Positions 1 to 13,300 of a DNA stretch of 64,000 bases are shown here, piece by piece; the stretch's first letter is position 1, and each line of letters begins with the position of its first letter. A program made the position numbers and the translations under genes. A model generated the notes under the pieces. The model saw only the letters and a program-made list of their open reading frames with translations. It had not been told where the DNA came from and searched no databases. Origin of the DNA: Tubulanus polymorphus (taxonomy: Eukaryota; Animalia; Nemertea). The DNA lies in the NCBI RefSeq assembly GCF_964204645.1, contig NC_134026.1, positions 24,338,150 to 24,402,149 on the forward strand, in the 5' to 3' direction.

Positions 1-121
1 AAACCTCTCTATGAAAGATGAAAAATGCGATTGGAAATCGATAATAATTGAGTCTGTTGCTTTAGATTTGAAATGATATTAACAAGTAAAATTTCATACC
101 ATTTCGTTTTTTATTTGACAG

Positions 122-3100
122 GAAAATGTTGAATGTGATTATGACAGTACATTCCCTACTCCGGCACCTATGGTAGAGTTTCTCGATAAGCCTTCGCAGT
201 CGAGTTTGGTAAGTTAATTGTGGTCGTACCTGCTCTGCACATGCGTGTTGTTGTCACAAATAGAATAAGATAACCTTTAGAAATTGTCATTCTCCTGATT
301 TTTAGCGATTCTGGTTCTTAAAAGATTGTCAAATTTCCTTCAAAACCCTGTACAGCGTGAGATATATTTCAAGGCTAAATATTGTGGGATTTTTTGTATG
401 CTTCTGAAATATTTTGTTCAATCTGCTATTCTGATGAGGAAGTAAGCGGATTTGATTTTCAAGTTGTTCGAATCAAGATTCTGAGATGGCCCCTCCAGTG
501 TATTGTATCTGTATTTGCCGTCTGCTTGAGCTGAGCGGGTTTATTTCACTGCTTAGCGCTGTGACACTGGCTGCCACTGACTACTCGCTGATGGAAAGTT
601 AATTCTCCTAAGTGGAATAATACACTGCAAAAAACCTATCAGTTATGCACATCTCAGATAAATTTAATTTGTTTTTCGTTTTTATTCATTCGTTCATTTT
701 AGCTTCATTAATACGACTACAGCTTATTTGATTTAATCTTCAGGCTGCTGATTATTCTATCGCAATGAAGATCTATGCGAGTTTTCTTTACACTTCATTT
801 CTACCAGTTTTTGATTTTAATGTTTTAAATTCAGGTATCGACTGAGTCACCAGTCCACAAACAAATTGATATGGTAACGAATTTGTTGTTTAATTTCTAT
901 CAATTTTGATTAGTTCGCCCGTTTTCTGTTCCTCAGTTCACAAGATTTTACCCGGTACCAGGGTCCACCAACACTTCACCTTTATCTCGGTTCAGGTAGC
1001 GCATGAACTGCATCAATAATATTAGCAAGCAAGAAAGCATATTACCAATCAATATGCCGTAATTCATCTAAATTCAACCAGCAATGAACTTGATATACAA
1101 GATTGGCATGGATGTCTGTCTATCAGTCTGTCCTAATCCTTCTGTCTAATCCAAATCTTTCCATCATCAAACTGTTAAATAGAATTGGCTTAATTACTAT
1201 TCCATGTTTGCTGGTGCAAATTGATTTCATTCATTTATTTCGTCAGACTCCTGCTGTTATATAGTTAGATCCGCCCCTGTAGTCGGAAGACACAATTCCT
1301 TAGATATTCACTTACCTTGAATGTCTCCTTCAAAAGCTTCAAAAAGATTTTATTTTAATGAAATCCACTGTACACTTTATGTTCAATAGCGCAAAATTAG
1401 GCGGAAGGTTTACAAAGGGGTTTGCATGTTAAGCAGCATATGAGCTGTGCAAGGAGGTATCCATGTGCCTCAGGGGTAGAGAACTCATTTTCATCATTCA
1501 GTTGAGATTTTTTGCTCACAAATGACCTTAGTCCACCACTTATGGCCTCTAGGTCAACTCAATTCCGCCATTTAACCACAGACTCATCCCGATAAATACC
1601 CTTCCTTATTTTTAAGTTCATTTTAGTGGAAGGAGATTCTTAACTGTTGAGAGATTTGATTCTATGATAGTTTTAACTCTAGCTTTAACTCTACCTTTGT
1701 TCACAATGAAAAGTGTCCATGACATTCCAGTTGAAGGAATCATCTGGAGTATGATTGATGTAGCTAATTCATGTTTTTATCCGAGGCGTAACGTCATACA
1801 TGAACAAAGTCGATAAAACTGATATTGTTAATTCATGCCTCCATTCAATTTGTGCTGAGTGTTATTACTGAGGTTAGGTAATTCAGCTGTGCATAAACAC
1901 ATGTACTTACATCGATGGATTTCATATTTGTCGTAATAATGCTATATTCTAATCACTACTACGTGTAAAAACAACGAGTAGTTGTTTTCTATTGTCGACA
2001 AATCAATTTTATACATTTATTACTCGGTGAGCAGCTTTTATTTAAAATCAATTCACGTATTAATGACTCAATACTGTGATTTCAATGAAAAATTTAATTA
2101 TCAGATTTGTATTCACGAACTGTCAAACCTTTAACGTATGAAATTGCAATTCCTTATTCGCGAGATTTTTCTTCAATGTTAAAGAGATATGAAATGCCGA
2201 GTGGCTTGAGTGTATCGATGAAGGTGAAGTGAAGTGTATTTTCTTTAATAAAGCCTGTTTTATTTCTTTTCCCTTCGCAAAAAGTGGATAGATTGGACAA
2301 TTGAAATAATCCTGCTTTGTGGAAATTAGGTCCAGTTAGTTGTACCTGTTATTTTGTAGATTGTAAAGACCTCAGCTCCTTTGGACTATTCATTGAATTT
2401 CACAAACACCAACTATCATTGACAAATATATTTTCACTGAAAATGTCTTCTACTTCATGCAAGCTCAATGATTATTTTATGATTATATGTTATTTCCATC
2501 AATATTTATTCACTAAAATGTTGATGTATATTTTCTTTATCATGCAGGTTCGTACGTCTGGTTTAGACAGACGAGACACTGACCAGAAAGGTTTATTGTG
2601 GATATTAGATGAAGAGGCTATATTACCTGGTGCCAATGAAGAAACATTCATCAGACGTGTTTACAACGGTTATCGGGATCGCAGAGATGGTAAGAAACGT
2701 TCTTTAAAAATTGCTGATTGAGAGCGATGTAAAAGTGTTTCATTGCAGTTCGCGACTAATAGTTGAACGTATAAAACCTCAATTTTCTGAGGCTATAAAC
2801 ATCATTTTTGAATGCATACCGCTTCAGCGTCAGGGTGGTGAGCACCGGTGACTCAACAGTCAATAAAGATCCAACTCATAATAGATTTGTTATGTAAGAC
2901 AGCAGTTATCATTGACTTGTACTCGTTGAAGAGATGTTGTCGTCAACGCCCGGATAACCCTGTTATATTTCAATATCGGCATTCACTGACGATCTGTAGC
3001 ACATAATTATCGATTGTAAGCGTTCACGAGAAACGATGATTAGAGACTTGTCTCAGTCTGTCGAGTCAGATAGTAGTTATCAGCGTCATATCAATATCAA

Positions 3101-4302
3101 TACTCATCATCAAACGGATGGACAATTTGTTTTTCTTTCTTACATCAGTTATTTGGTAACTCGTGATGGAAAAAATTTCATTTTCTTTTTTTCGGATTTT
3201 TTCTTTAGGCTGGCATTTATTATATCCCGAAGAGGACCTCAGTTTCTTCACCTTGAATCATTGTCAAGGCAACAATCCTGTTACGTACAATACTTCTGGA
3301 TGGCTGAAAGCTGCTCGTGAGAACCCTGTAGTGAAGACTGCACTGGCTGTTTTACAGGAATCACAGCGGTGAGTTTGAATTAATCATTATTGTCCTTGAG
3401 GCTATACTGACATTAGCGTGAGTGAGTGTACCTTGTACGCTGACTGCAACACAACTAAGCGGCCGTTCGCTAGCAATGGACCTCCGCTAATGAAATCGTC
3501 TGCAGAATCTTCTTTATTCACACACATCTCTTCACCACCATATCGGAACATCTAAATTCAAATGAATCGAATTACACTTACTGATCAAGTTTCAGGCTAT
3601 GTTGTATGAGCACTGGCACTGGTACTGGTACATGAGTTCTGTTATTTTTGTTGTTGTAGGGAGAACATTGCCCATCTATTTAGCACAATTCGCACGATGC
3701 CCACAACCTTCAGTGGGTCAATGGTTGGCATGGAAGGAGGCGCCACCGGTCTGAGGCGTTCGACGAGTATGCGGAGATCATACGTAGGGGGTGCTGGGCT
3801 TAAACGTCGTTCAATTCCAATACAGCTCAAAACTCAAATGGTAAGCATCGTGAGTGATAAAGTTTTCTTTGAGATATCGAGGAGTATCGTGTACTGAAAC
3901 AATCTATTTTTCAGGATTCCACTGGTGAACAACTCAGACGTACAAACATGCATTTTGTACACTGCGTTTTACCGCAACCTAACGCAGGTACTTGCGATAT
4001 CAAAGGCTCGACTTCCGCTCTCGGTACTCTGCCTACGATGGAAGATTTCATGATCAATGTTGGCCTTTTACGCCAACAAATCCGTGGGTCTGAGATATTG
4101 GAAACTGTGCGCATACATCGGCAAGGTAATTCTTACATTTTACATTTATATATGACTTGAATGATAATATAATGTATTGAATGATAAATGTTAGAATTAG
4201 AAATTTTGAAACGAGCTTTAATTCTCCTCAGATAATCTAAACCCCTATAGATAACTGAGTGATATTGTGAAATTTGAATTGTGTGTCAGCGACTTCCAGT
4301 AG

Positions 4303-4344
<42 letters not shown>

Positions 4345-7300
4345 CACTTTAAATCTGTTTTTGTTTGTCCTTTGGGTATTATGGTCCATCCAATAATCAT
4401 AGACAGTTTCCTTTCAGCCATCATTGGCTGTTTTGAGTGATTCTCATAATTCCCTGTAGTGCTGTATCTGAGCTAGTCAGGTGCACATAATCTAATGGAA
4501 TGATGTACGGCCATATAAATGACTATCGAGCATTAGTTTAGAGGGCACGTTGATTTCTTTGTTGCCCTGAAGGTGGCAGCATGGTACAAGAGCGACTTGT
4601 CTTTGTGTGTGAAGGCGTGAAAATGACTTCCAATTTGCTCCGAACGAAACCAGAGAAAATGGTTGGATTGATCGAATGGAAATTCCCCGATAATCACATG
4701 AATTTTCGTCGTTGGTTGATTCGTGCTGTGTAATTTACTGATGCGCTCGCTGTTTTGTAAAACATTTGATTGAGGGAAATTTAGGACATTGAGTGTTATC
4801 AAATACTTCTCAATCTTCTTATTGTTTTTTACACGTAGATTAATTGAATATATAGAATTTTACCAAAAATCATTTAGAATTATCTCAAACTATCACCTCC
4901 TTTATAAGTTTGGCCAAGGAGGAGCTTTGTCCATTTGATTAAGATTTCTGAATTTTCATGAAATAATTATTACAATTCATTCATCATTGATTATCTGATT
5001 GCCATTATGTTTAATTTAGGTTATCCGGAGCACATGCTTTATCCAGATTTCCGTAAGAGATATGAAGTGTTGTCTCCGATTCCACTGAAGAATGGAGCTG
5101 TAACTGATGATAAGCAGGTAAAGTGATCTTGTCACGTCAAGCACGAACATTTCTCTTCAGGCAATGCATCAATACATAATAAAGACGATAATCATGACGA
5201 CAATGTATAATAGTCTAGTTATGATAGACATTGGGCTTTCTAATAGCATAGAAGACTTGACTTAGAATACTACATCTATCTTGTGAGGTCAAATCTATCA
5301 AACTGGACCTGATTGCACAATTGTGAGTGTTATCCAACATTATCAAAATTTTTGGTTTTCAGGCCGTGGAACAATTATTGGACTTTCTAGAGATAGAAAA
5401 TAACACGTACAGACTGGGTCTAAGCCAGGTAAGAACCTAATTACTGCTTTAATCTTGTTATCTGATGTGCAAGATTCTGAGATGGTCCCTTTCGTGTACG
5501 GTTATCCAGCTTATGGCAGATGGCAGCAGAGTTGAAGTCAAAATCATCGTTGATTAATGTTACAAAATGTCAATAAATCAATAGAACAGACTAAAATAAA
5601 AACCTACCTCCTACGAAAAGGCAGGCATGGTGATATCCTAGATCATAAACTTGTGGTTAGATAGTTATTGGTGTTATTATTGACCCTGTTTATTAGTCAT
5701 TTTGACACATCTTCAAGTGTGGCTCTACTGCTTGTTAAGTACTTAATGGTTATTGCGAGATGTAGTAGTTTTTTCAAAACAGTGAAAATCAAAGAGGTTT
5801 TTTCTCCTAAGCAATCAATACAAATAGGAGTTTGTTTTAAACAGCTTAACCTCTTTTAAATACATGTGTCAATTATAAGTAGTGTTGACATAAAGTGTTG
5901 ATCCGCTGTCTTGGAATGGGGTATTTCGAACTAGCAAATGAACTAGTTGCATATATGTATTGTATTATATGTTCACTATGTTAAAACGTATGCCTTAAAG
6001 GTAGAAAATGAAATGTAGGCTCTCTAATAACAGGCTTTGTCAGACCATTAATGTAATTAGAAGAAAGATTAGTTGCCAGCAGGGTCAAGATTTGTTAGTG
6101 AAAAAGGATCCGCACAAATACTACTGGTAACTTTCAATCATGTTTGTTCAGTGAACAGTGAAATAACGTTGAGTGCTTTATAAATAACGTGCTTAGAACA
6201 GATAGCTACCTCGTTTCTATTTCAAGGGACAAAAAGGTTCTTGACCTTGGAACAAGCATCACAATTGAATCATTTATTTTTTTCTTTGAATGAGATGAAA
6301 ATCTTTACCGAGGAAAGTTGTAGATTTTGAGAAAAACTTATGATTTGTCCTTGTTAGTTATCCTGACTTTGTGGCGTGAAGATTGATTGAATTGATACCG
6401 CAGTATTTTCATTATTTGATTCTTTTTTTCTGAATTCGCTTGAAAACTTTCATAGATTATGTGGGAATCTGATTTTCAATAAGTAATGTATAATCTATTA
6501 ATCTGACATTACACACTTTAGCCGCGAGAAGCCATCACCCCTGCATTAACCATAGATAATGAACTAGTCTTGTAAGAGCATTAATAAAATGAGTGGCAGT
6601 CCTTTCGGCGCACGTCCACTATTGAAGACACAAGGTTAGATAGAGCAATGCCAGCAGGTAGTGAATGAGTAGCAATTGTCCAGTGATTGATAGAGACGTT
6701 TTGCCTGATCTTTCATCTTCCGCATCAAAAAAAGGACTTTCTGAAAAGAAAATTTTTCCACGCGAATCGTTTGGTAGAACATCTGAAAAATAGGAGTTTG
6801 GCATTCATGAGTTTCTGAGCAAGTCAATCGCAGACGGCAATCGATATAATCAATAGAAAGGGCCTATGATAGTCGACTCAATTTGATTGATTAGTCGGAA
6901 TATGTTTGATTGCTGCGCTGAAAAAATGAAGCAGCAAATTCTCTGCGAATCGTCTGACGGAGTTCGGAATGGAGAAGGAAAACCGTGGAAATATCGATCA
7001 GAACATATTCAGTACGTCCCCGGCTCGGATTCAGAGTCTCATTTCGACAGTTGCGATTGCAGTCGCGCTGAAACATGGAAGTCATTAGATCAACGGGTTT
7101 GTGATGATGAAAATGGTTATCACATCCTCGTCCGTGGCAGTCCGGTATCAAGTATCGCCGATTCATATTTCAGTAAAAACTCTGATGTCGATAGTTTTTA
7201 CACGACGACTAGTGAAATGTACGATGAATTGACGGAGACGTCCGAGTTGGAGCTGGTTGACGTTTACAGCGACGGAGTCAACGAGTATTTAGAATTCAAG

Positions 7301-10300
7301 GAAACCTTTAGAAAGACCGGGGTAAATAATAATAATAACGAAGTCGATGGCGTGGACGCAAGATCTGAGTTATCATTGAACGATAAAAATGTTGACAACT
7401 ACGAGACACGTGTGATAAACTCGTCTCGCGAGATTGATATCGGTGCACGCGCAGACACTCAAACAGTTTATCACAATGAAATTCAGGTAAAATTCGTTGA
7501 TATTCGATCACTGAACTTCGATGATATTGTATTTAAGAATGGTACATTTATGAGGTCATCACATACGCTATTCTGTGCAATATTTTTTTCGTAGAAATCA
7601 CAAATTTGGAAGACATGCTATTTTGGAAAGTTTATGATCCAGTAGTTGATATTCAAGCAGATCGCAGAATGAATTAGTATATACATCATCCCTTGAATTT
7701 CTGCTTGCTCTAATATATTCAGGGCAAGGTCAATATAATACATTGTAGTATATAAGTGAATGAATGCATTTATTGCATGGTCTTGTTAGAAATGGTGATT
7801 AGATTACTGATTAGACTACTAATCTACTATTAAAGAATGTGTCTGATATATGATATTGCAAATACCGGCTCAAGTATTTGTTTACATAGTTAGTTTAAAG
7901 TTTTTCTGTCAAGATGCCAACAGTTATGAATTACTATGTAATGAACTTTTGCAAGGAGTCAATGATGCACAAAAAGATATGTAAAAATGAGAGGCAACAA
8001 ATGTGCTTTCATTTCAATATTGAGTTATTCAATCGCTATGAAAATGAAATTGAATTCAATTTAAATGACCATTCGCTAATACCTCTCAGTCTGGAGTCAG
8101 AAATTAGATTCAACCTGAACAACTATCATCTGTTATTCAGAGGGAGATTATACTTGTTCAGAGGTTTAGAATGATAGTAATTGCGCTGCGCTATGTCTGG
8201 GTTGTAATACTTACATATTACTATAATAACCATAGATGCCATTAAAAAATGTACAGTATCACGGCGGATATTTCGCGAAACCATTCCACGGATGTCAATA
8301 ATCTATGCGGAATGCAATTATCTCAGTAGAAATAAGTTACTTAATGATGTAGAAATAAGTTACTTAATGATGTCTTGGTTAATCAGTCGTGAGAATATTG
8401 CTGAAAGAATCTTGTAAGAAAAATGACAGTATTGCCATCCCGTGAGGCATTAGTGGTACCTCATTATCATTTGATATAATATTGCTGTCGGCAGACAGAT
8501 TTTAATTGGTTTTCAGATCATTAATTAATGAGCCAGCTGCGTAATGAAGTTTCACGATGAAATTGTTAATGCTTGTTCCTGTATTGGGTCTTCCTATAGT
8601 AGATAATGATTCATACATATATACTATTGTTTTCAAGACTTGAGTCCAGGTTGTGATAATTTACTTCAGTATTGAGACGGTGTTGTTATATGTGGCTTTT
8701 TAATGATGTAGGCGTTCATTCTTTCAGAGCTGCCAACTATTCCCGGTTTCCGGAATTTGTTACTATTCCATAATGAGGAATTCTGATTTGATTTGTTTGA
8801 TACATACAGATGTATGAAAGATGTTACTGCTAAAGGTCTTTCTGTTGATTAATTTTAAAGTTTTCTTTCATATTTCATTGAAATATTATACTGAAATAAA
8901 TTGAATTTCTTACTGATAGCACTTTTCAGAGGTTGGCAGCCTTGTTCTTTGTGAACGAATTTGAAAAACTGAGGATTTGTATAACAATGAAATTTATTGA
9001 AGAATCACACTTCTTGAATACCGGTATATTCTTTATTCAATCGAATCAGAAGTTGAATTTTATTCAATATTCTCAAACCCTAAGCTCAAATGAAACAGGC
9101 TCCAGATGTGGAAAAACATTGAATATGCGAAACATAGAGAACAGGTGTTCTTCAGAAGGTGTATGACTAAGGATATTTTTAATTCACTTATAGAAAGGAA
9201 TAAAAACATAGTACAAAAAATAAAGAATAGAAACTATATACATTATTGATACTATTACAGTGAATTCTCTTCAGTTCCGAAGTGGTGTTTTAGTATTTTA
9301 TTTGAATTATTTACCATTAAACCTGCTGTACTAGCACATCCGAATGAACATGTATGGTACTTGTCGTTCAGCATTTTGTGGAAGTACATAAGATATTTTG
9401 AGACGAGACAGACGAGACAGCGTTGTGAAATGTCATAAACGTTTGACATTTTTGCCGATTTTCCGTTTTCATCAATCTAGATTTAAGTTATCTTCGCGAG
9501 ACAGACTTGAGCTTATGGGTATATACTGTATATAAACCCGCATGTTAATTAACCTTAATGTGTATAAAAAGATACTCATGAACATTTTTCCCTACATATA
9601 TTCTTTAAAAAATACTTCTGCTGTTGATGATAGTGCTGGTATGTTTGACTGGAACTAGATAGAATTCTTTGTTGGTAGCATTGATAGCTATCGTTATTTC
9701 AAATGGTGATAAGTTCGTTGATATATAAGATTTTGTTTTATTTTTTCAGATATTTTTCCGATCAGGTGGTTTAGCTCAACTTGAGGATGCCCGAGAAGAG
9801 AAACTATCGGGAACGATCCAACGCTTCCAGGCTTATTGCCGCGGTTACTTGGCTCGACAATATCTTTCTAAACTTAAAGTAAGTATCATCATGTTCGAAA
9901 TAATTTCATGTACAGGTTGTTACCTAATTGAATGAATTTTTGAATCAATAAGATCAAACAATTCTTCCTCAGTCTAAAATGGTAAGTTCATAATGCCCTT
10001 CTTCATATCATTTTAGCCTGAAGAAGGGTGGTAGGAATATTTTGAGTATTTCAAATAGTATTAGCTTTTTATTGTCTTTCAACAATCGTGTGGTTTTACA
10101 TTTATTGAATGAATTTTTGTCAGTAAATTTAAGAATTAAATACTTGGAAGATGATATCGAGAATCAAAATAACTTGCACTTATTCAGGGGTCTTATATAT
10201 TTATTCAAAATTATGGAGGTTCAACTGAATGGCAATTACAAGTCGTCTATTCTATTAAATGTGAATTGATGTGTTTTGTATGTTACACCAGTGCATATTG

Positions 10301-13300
10301 AATATTGTATCGAATAATCACATTAAACAATTGTTTCACACATGGTGTCTGTATATGATTACTCGAATAACATAAAATATGATTCATCAGACTAGTGAAT
10401 CTCGTGATAAAAACTGGCAATTGATTAAGCAGTTCATTTTACAAGTTGGACTCGTGTTCAAATATTACAATTCCTTCTATCCATTTCTAGTTGCAACATT
10501 TGGCCGTATCTTGCATACAGAGAAATGTGCGCAAATTCATGGCAATTCGTACCTGGACGTGGTGGAGACTTTATACGAAGGTTCAACCACTGCTGGATGT
10601 GCATAGAACGGAAGAGGAACTCAAGAATAAAGATGTTAGTTCATATCATTGCTCTATCTATTTGAATAATAGGCAATTGTTTCTTAAGTGTCTATTTTAT
10701 TAAGCTAAGCTATTGAAGGAAATTTTTACATACCGGTAATGGATGTAGTCGATGTTATTTGAAATAATTGAAGGCCTTCGTGTTGTTATCATCGGAAATC
10801 AATTGTTTTTCTTACCGTCATCATAATGGCAGGTTGAACTGGAACAGTTGCGATTGAAAGCCGATAAACTGGAACGTGAGCGAAATGAATACAAACTGAA
10901 TAGCGATCGCTTGGAATCGAAACTGAACGAGCTAACAGCTGATCTGATGGATGAACATACAACGTCTTCTCAAGCTGCTGAAATACTCGAGGCCGAATCA
11001 TCTGAAAGAATGAGATTAGAGAAAGAACTCCGTGACTCTCAGGTACTTGTGGCCCACTTCAATGTTACCAATGCCATTTTCCAGATAAACCGGAAGATTT
11101 ATATTTTATCATAATTCTTGGTCCATCATAGGCGAAACTGACTGCTTATCAAAGAAAAAATGAACAATTAGAAGTACAAGTGATGCAAAGTCAACTGTGG
11201 ACATCTGCTATTGATGGAGAAATGGACGACGATGAAGATGAAGGTGAAACAATTAAAATGAGACAAAGGCATTTTTTAATCATTTTCTATCTACCGGTAT
11301 TTGAAGATTGATTTATGGTAAATGATGGTTATTCTTGGTTCACAGGTGACTCTTTGTATAAACAAAAATATGACAATTTAAGACGAGAAATGGAATTCAT
11401 GAAGAAACAACTGCAACATCAACACGAGGAAGATTTAGAGCAAGAAAGAAACAGTAAAAAACATCTGGAAAGACGCGTGAGTTTGCTGGACATTATATAT
11501 TCAGAAATGTGCTAAGCATACCGGGTATTTCATATTCTGAATCAACATACCTTTTACTAAGATTTATGGATAAAGATTATATGGATAGAAATATATGAAT
11601 TATATGTTGTTGTAACTGCATTAAACTGCTTGTGGCATAAGATTTGTTGAATCACTGGCAAAAGAATTTTTGATTTTAGTTAAATGAATTGACTGAAGAG
11701 AATGAGGAGCAGAGGCGGCAGTTATTGAATGCGAAGAGAAAAACACAGAAATGTACGACGGACATGCAAGACATAAAATTCCATTTGGAAGAACAAATTT
11801 CACGCAATTCTGATCTGGAGAAGAAACAGCGACGGTAGGTTTTAGTTGATTGATTACTGACGACAGAATTGAGAATTATTCATGAGGAAGCAATTCTGTT
11901 GGAAATTTCTATTGAAGATTGCTGTTATGCCATCATTCCCATGTGATAGAAAAAAAACTGGTTTTATGTTTATCGTGCGTTATACAGGGTTTATCATTAG
12001 ATTGTGATTGCCATACTGAAATGGAAAGAAAGTTTTTGTATGAATAATTTTTGTTTGTAGTTAAGCTCTGATCTTATTAGCGTTCATCTATGTAACACAC
12101 AAAGATCAATTTTTAATGCAACTAGATTTTTGAATAATCAGATTCGATGCCGAGTTGGCGCACTACCAATCTGAAGCAGAGGAAGAGAAAATTCAGCGTG
12201 AAAAAATTCACCGTGAGCGTGAGCAACTGTCAGCAGAGAAATACACAGTGTCAACAGAACTCAGTCAGCTACAAGAGGAACATGATGCTCAGAGTGCCGT
12301 GATCAGGAAACTCCAAGATGAGCTGTCTGATCTCACTGAAGCAGGAAATAAGGGCGATGAGGTAGGTTAGAGCATCACAGACATATGAAAGAGGCTCAGT
12401 TACATGAACCTTATCAGGATAAAAGTGTCTTGTAATCGTGCTGAACATTTTCCATTACCAGGAGCTATTCATAAAGATTTTGTCTTCATTATTAAATATA
12501 TTCATCGTGTGCAGGCATTGGTGTTGAAACGACAAATACGTGAATTAGAAGCTAAAGTTCAAGACCAGGAGGAAGAACTAGATGAGCAAGCTGGAACAAT
12601 ACAACAGTTGGAACAAGTATGTATTTAATCTGCCTTCTAAGCTGTATTTATAACATACACAACGCATGGATGCTATCATTGCATGCAATCTGACTTTTTT
12701 CTTCACAGGCTAAGCTACGTTTGGAAATGGATCAAGAAAAGAAGAGGCAACAATATCAGAAAGATTTGGATGAAAAAGATGTTGAAGTCGAAGAAATGCG
12801 AGCTTCTACTCAAAGGAAGGTTGGTATTTTGATTAGTGTTTCGAATATCGTAAGGTTTGTTATTCCCGTTATGATGTTGTTGGGGAAACTTTCTGAAAAT
12901 TTAAATTTCAGCTGAAACAACTCGAAGTGCAAATAGAGGATGAATATGAAGAGAAACAAAAAGCTGTGAAAGATAAACGCGATTTAGAACATCAATTACA
13001 AGAACTAGGAGCTAGGGGACCTGAAAGAGATCGAGGTGAGAAATTATTTCATTAGCGCTGTAAACAATATTATGATTCAATAGATTTTCTTTGTTTCATT
13101 GTCATATGAATATTACCTGTATATTTAGGGGCTGAACGGAGTCTGCGACGTGATTTAAAACGAACAAAGGCATTGCTCAAAGATGCACAGACAATGTTAG
13201 ACAGACAGAAAGACCCTACAGCTAATCGTAATATCATCAAACAGCTCCGAAATCAGGTAGAGATTTATCTTCAGTATATCTAATTACACTAGAGTCATAT

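Noticed and set aside
431-484. C/D snoRNA-like TGATGA...CTGA, or hammerhead-like CTGATGA
   Set aside because: Only ~53 nt between boxes, no convincing terminal stem or recognisable guide, and no hammerhead GAAA core with proper stems.
5470-5530. CTGAGA..GTCCCTTT resembles part of the eukaryotic TPP riboswitch
   Set aside because: The upstream G-rich P2 strand and the P4/P5 consensus are absent, and the host gene is unrelated to thiamine. An Infernal search with the TPP model would settle it.
7914-10269. Two short intronic ORFs sharing LFRG..YLF
   Set aside because: Short AT-rich DNA-level similarity, most likely a decayed repeat; no splice support.
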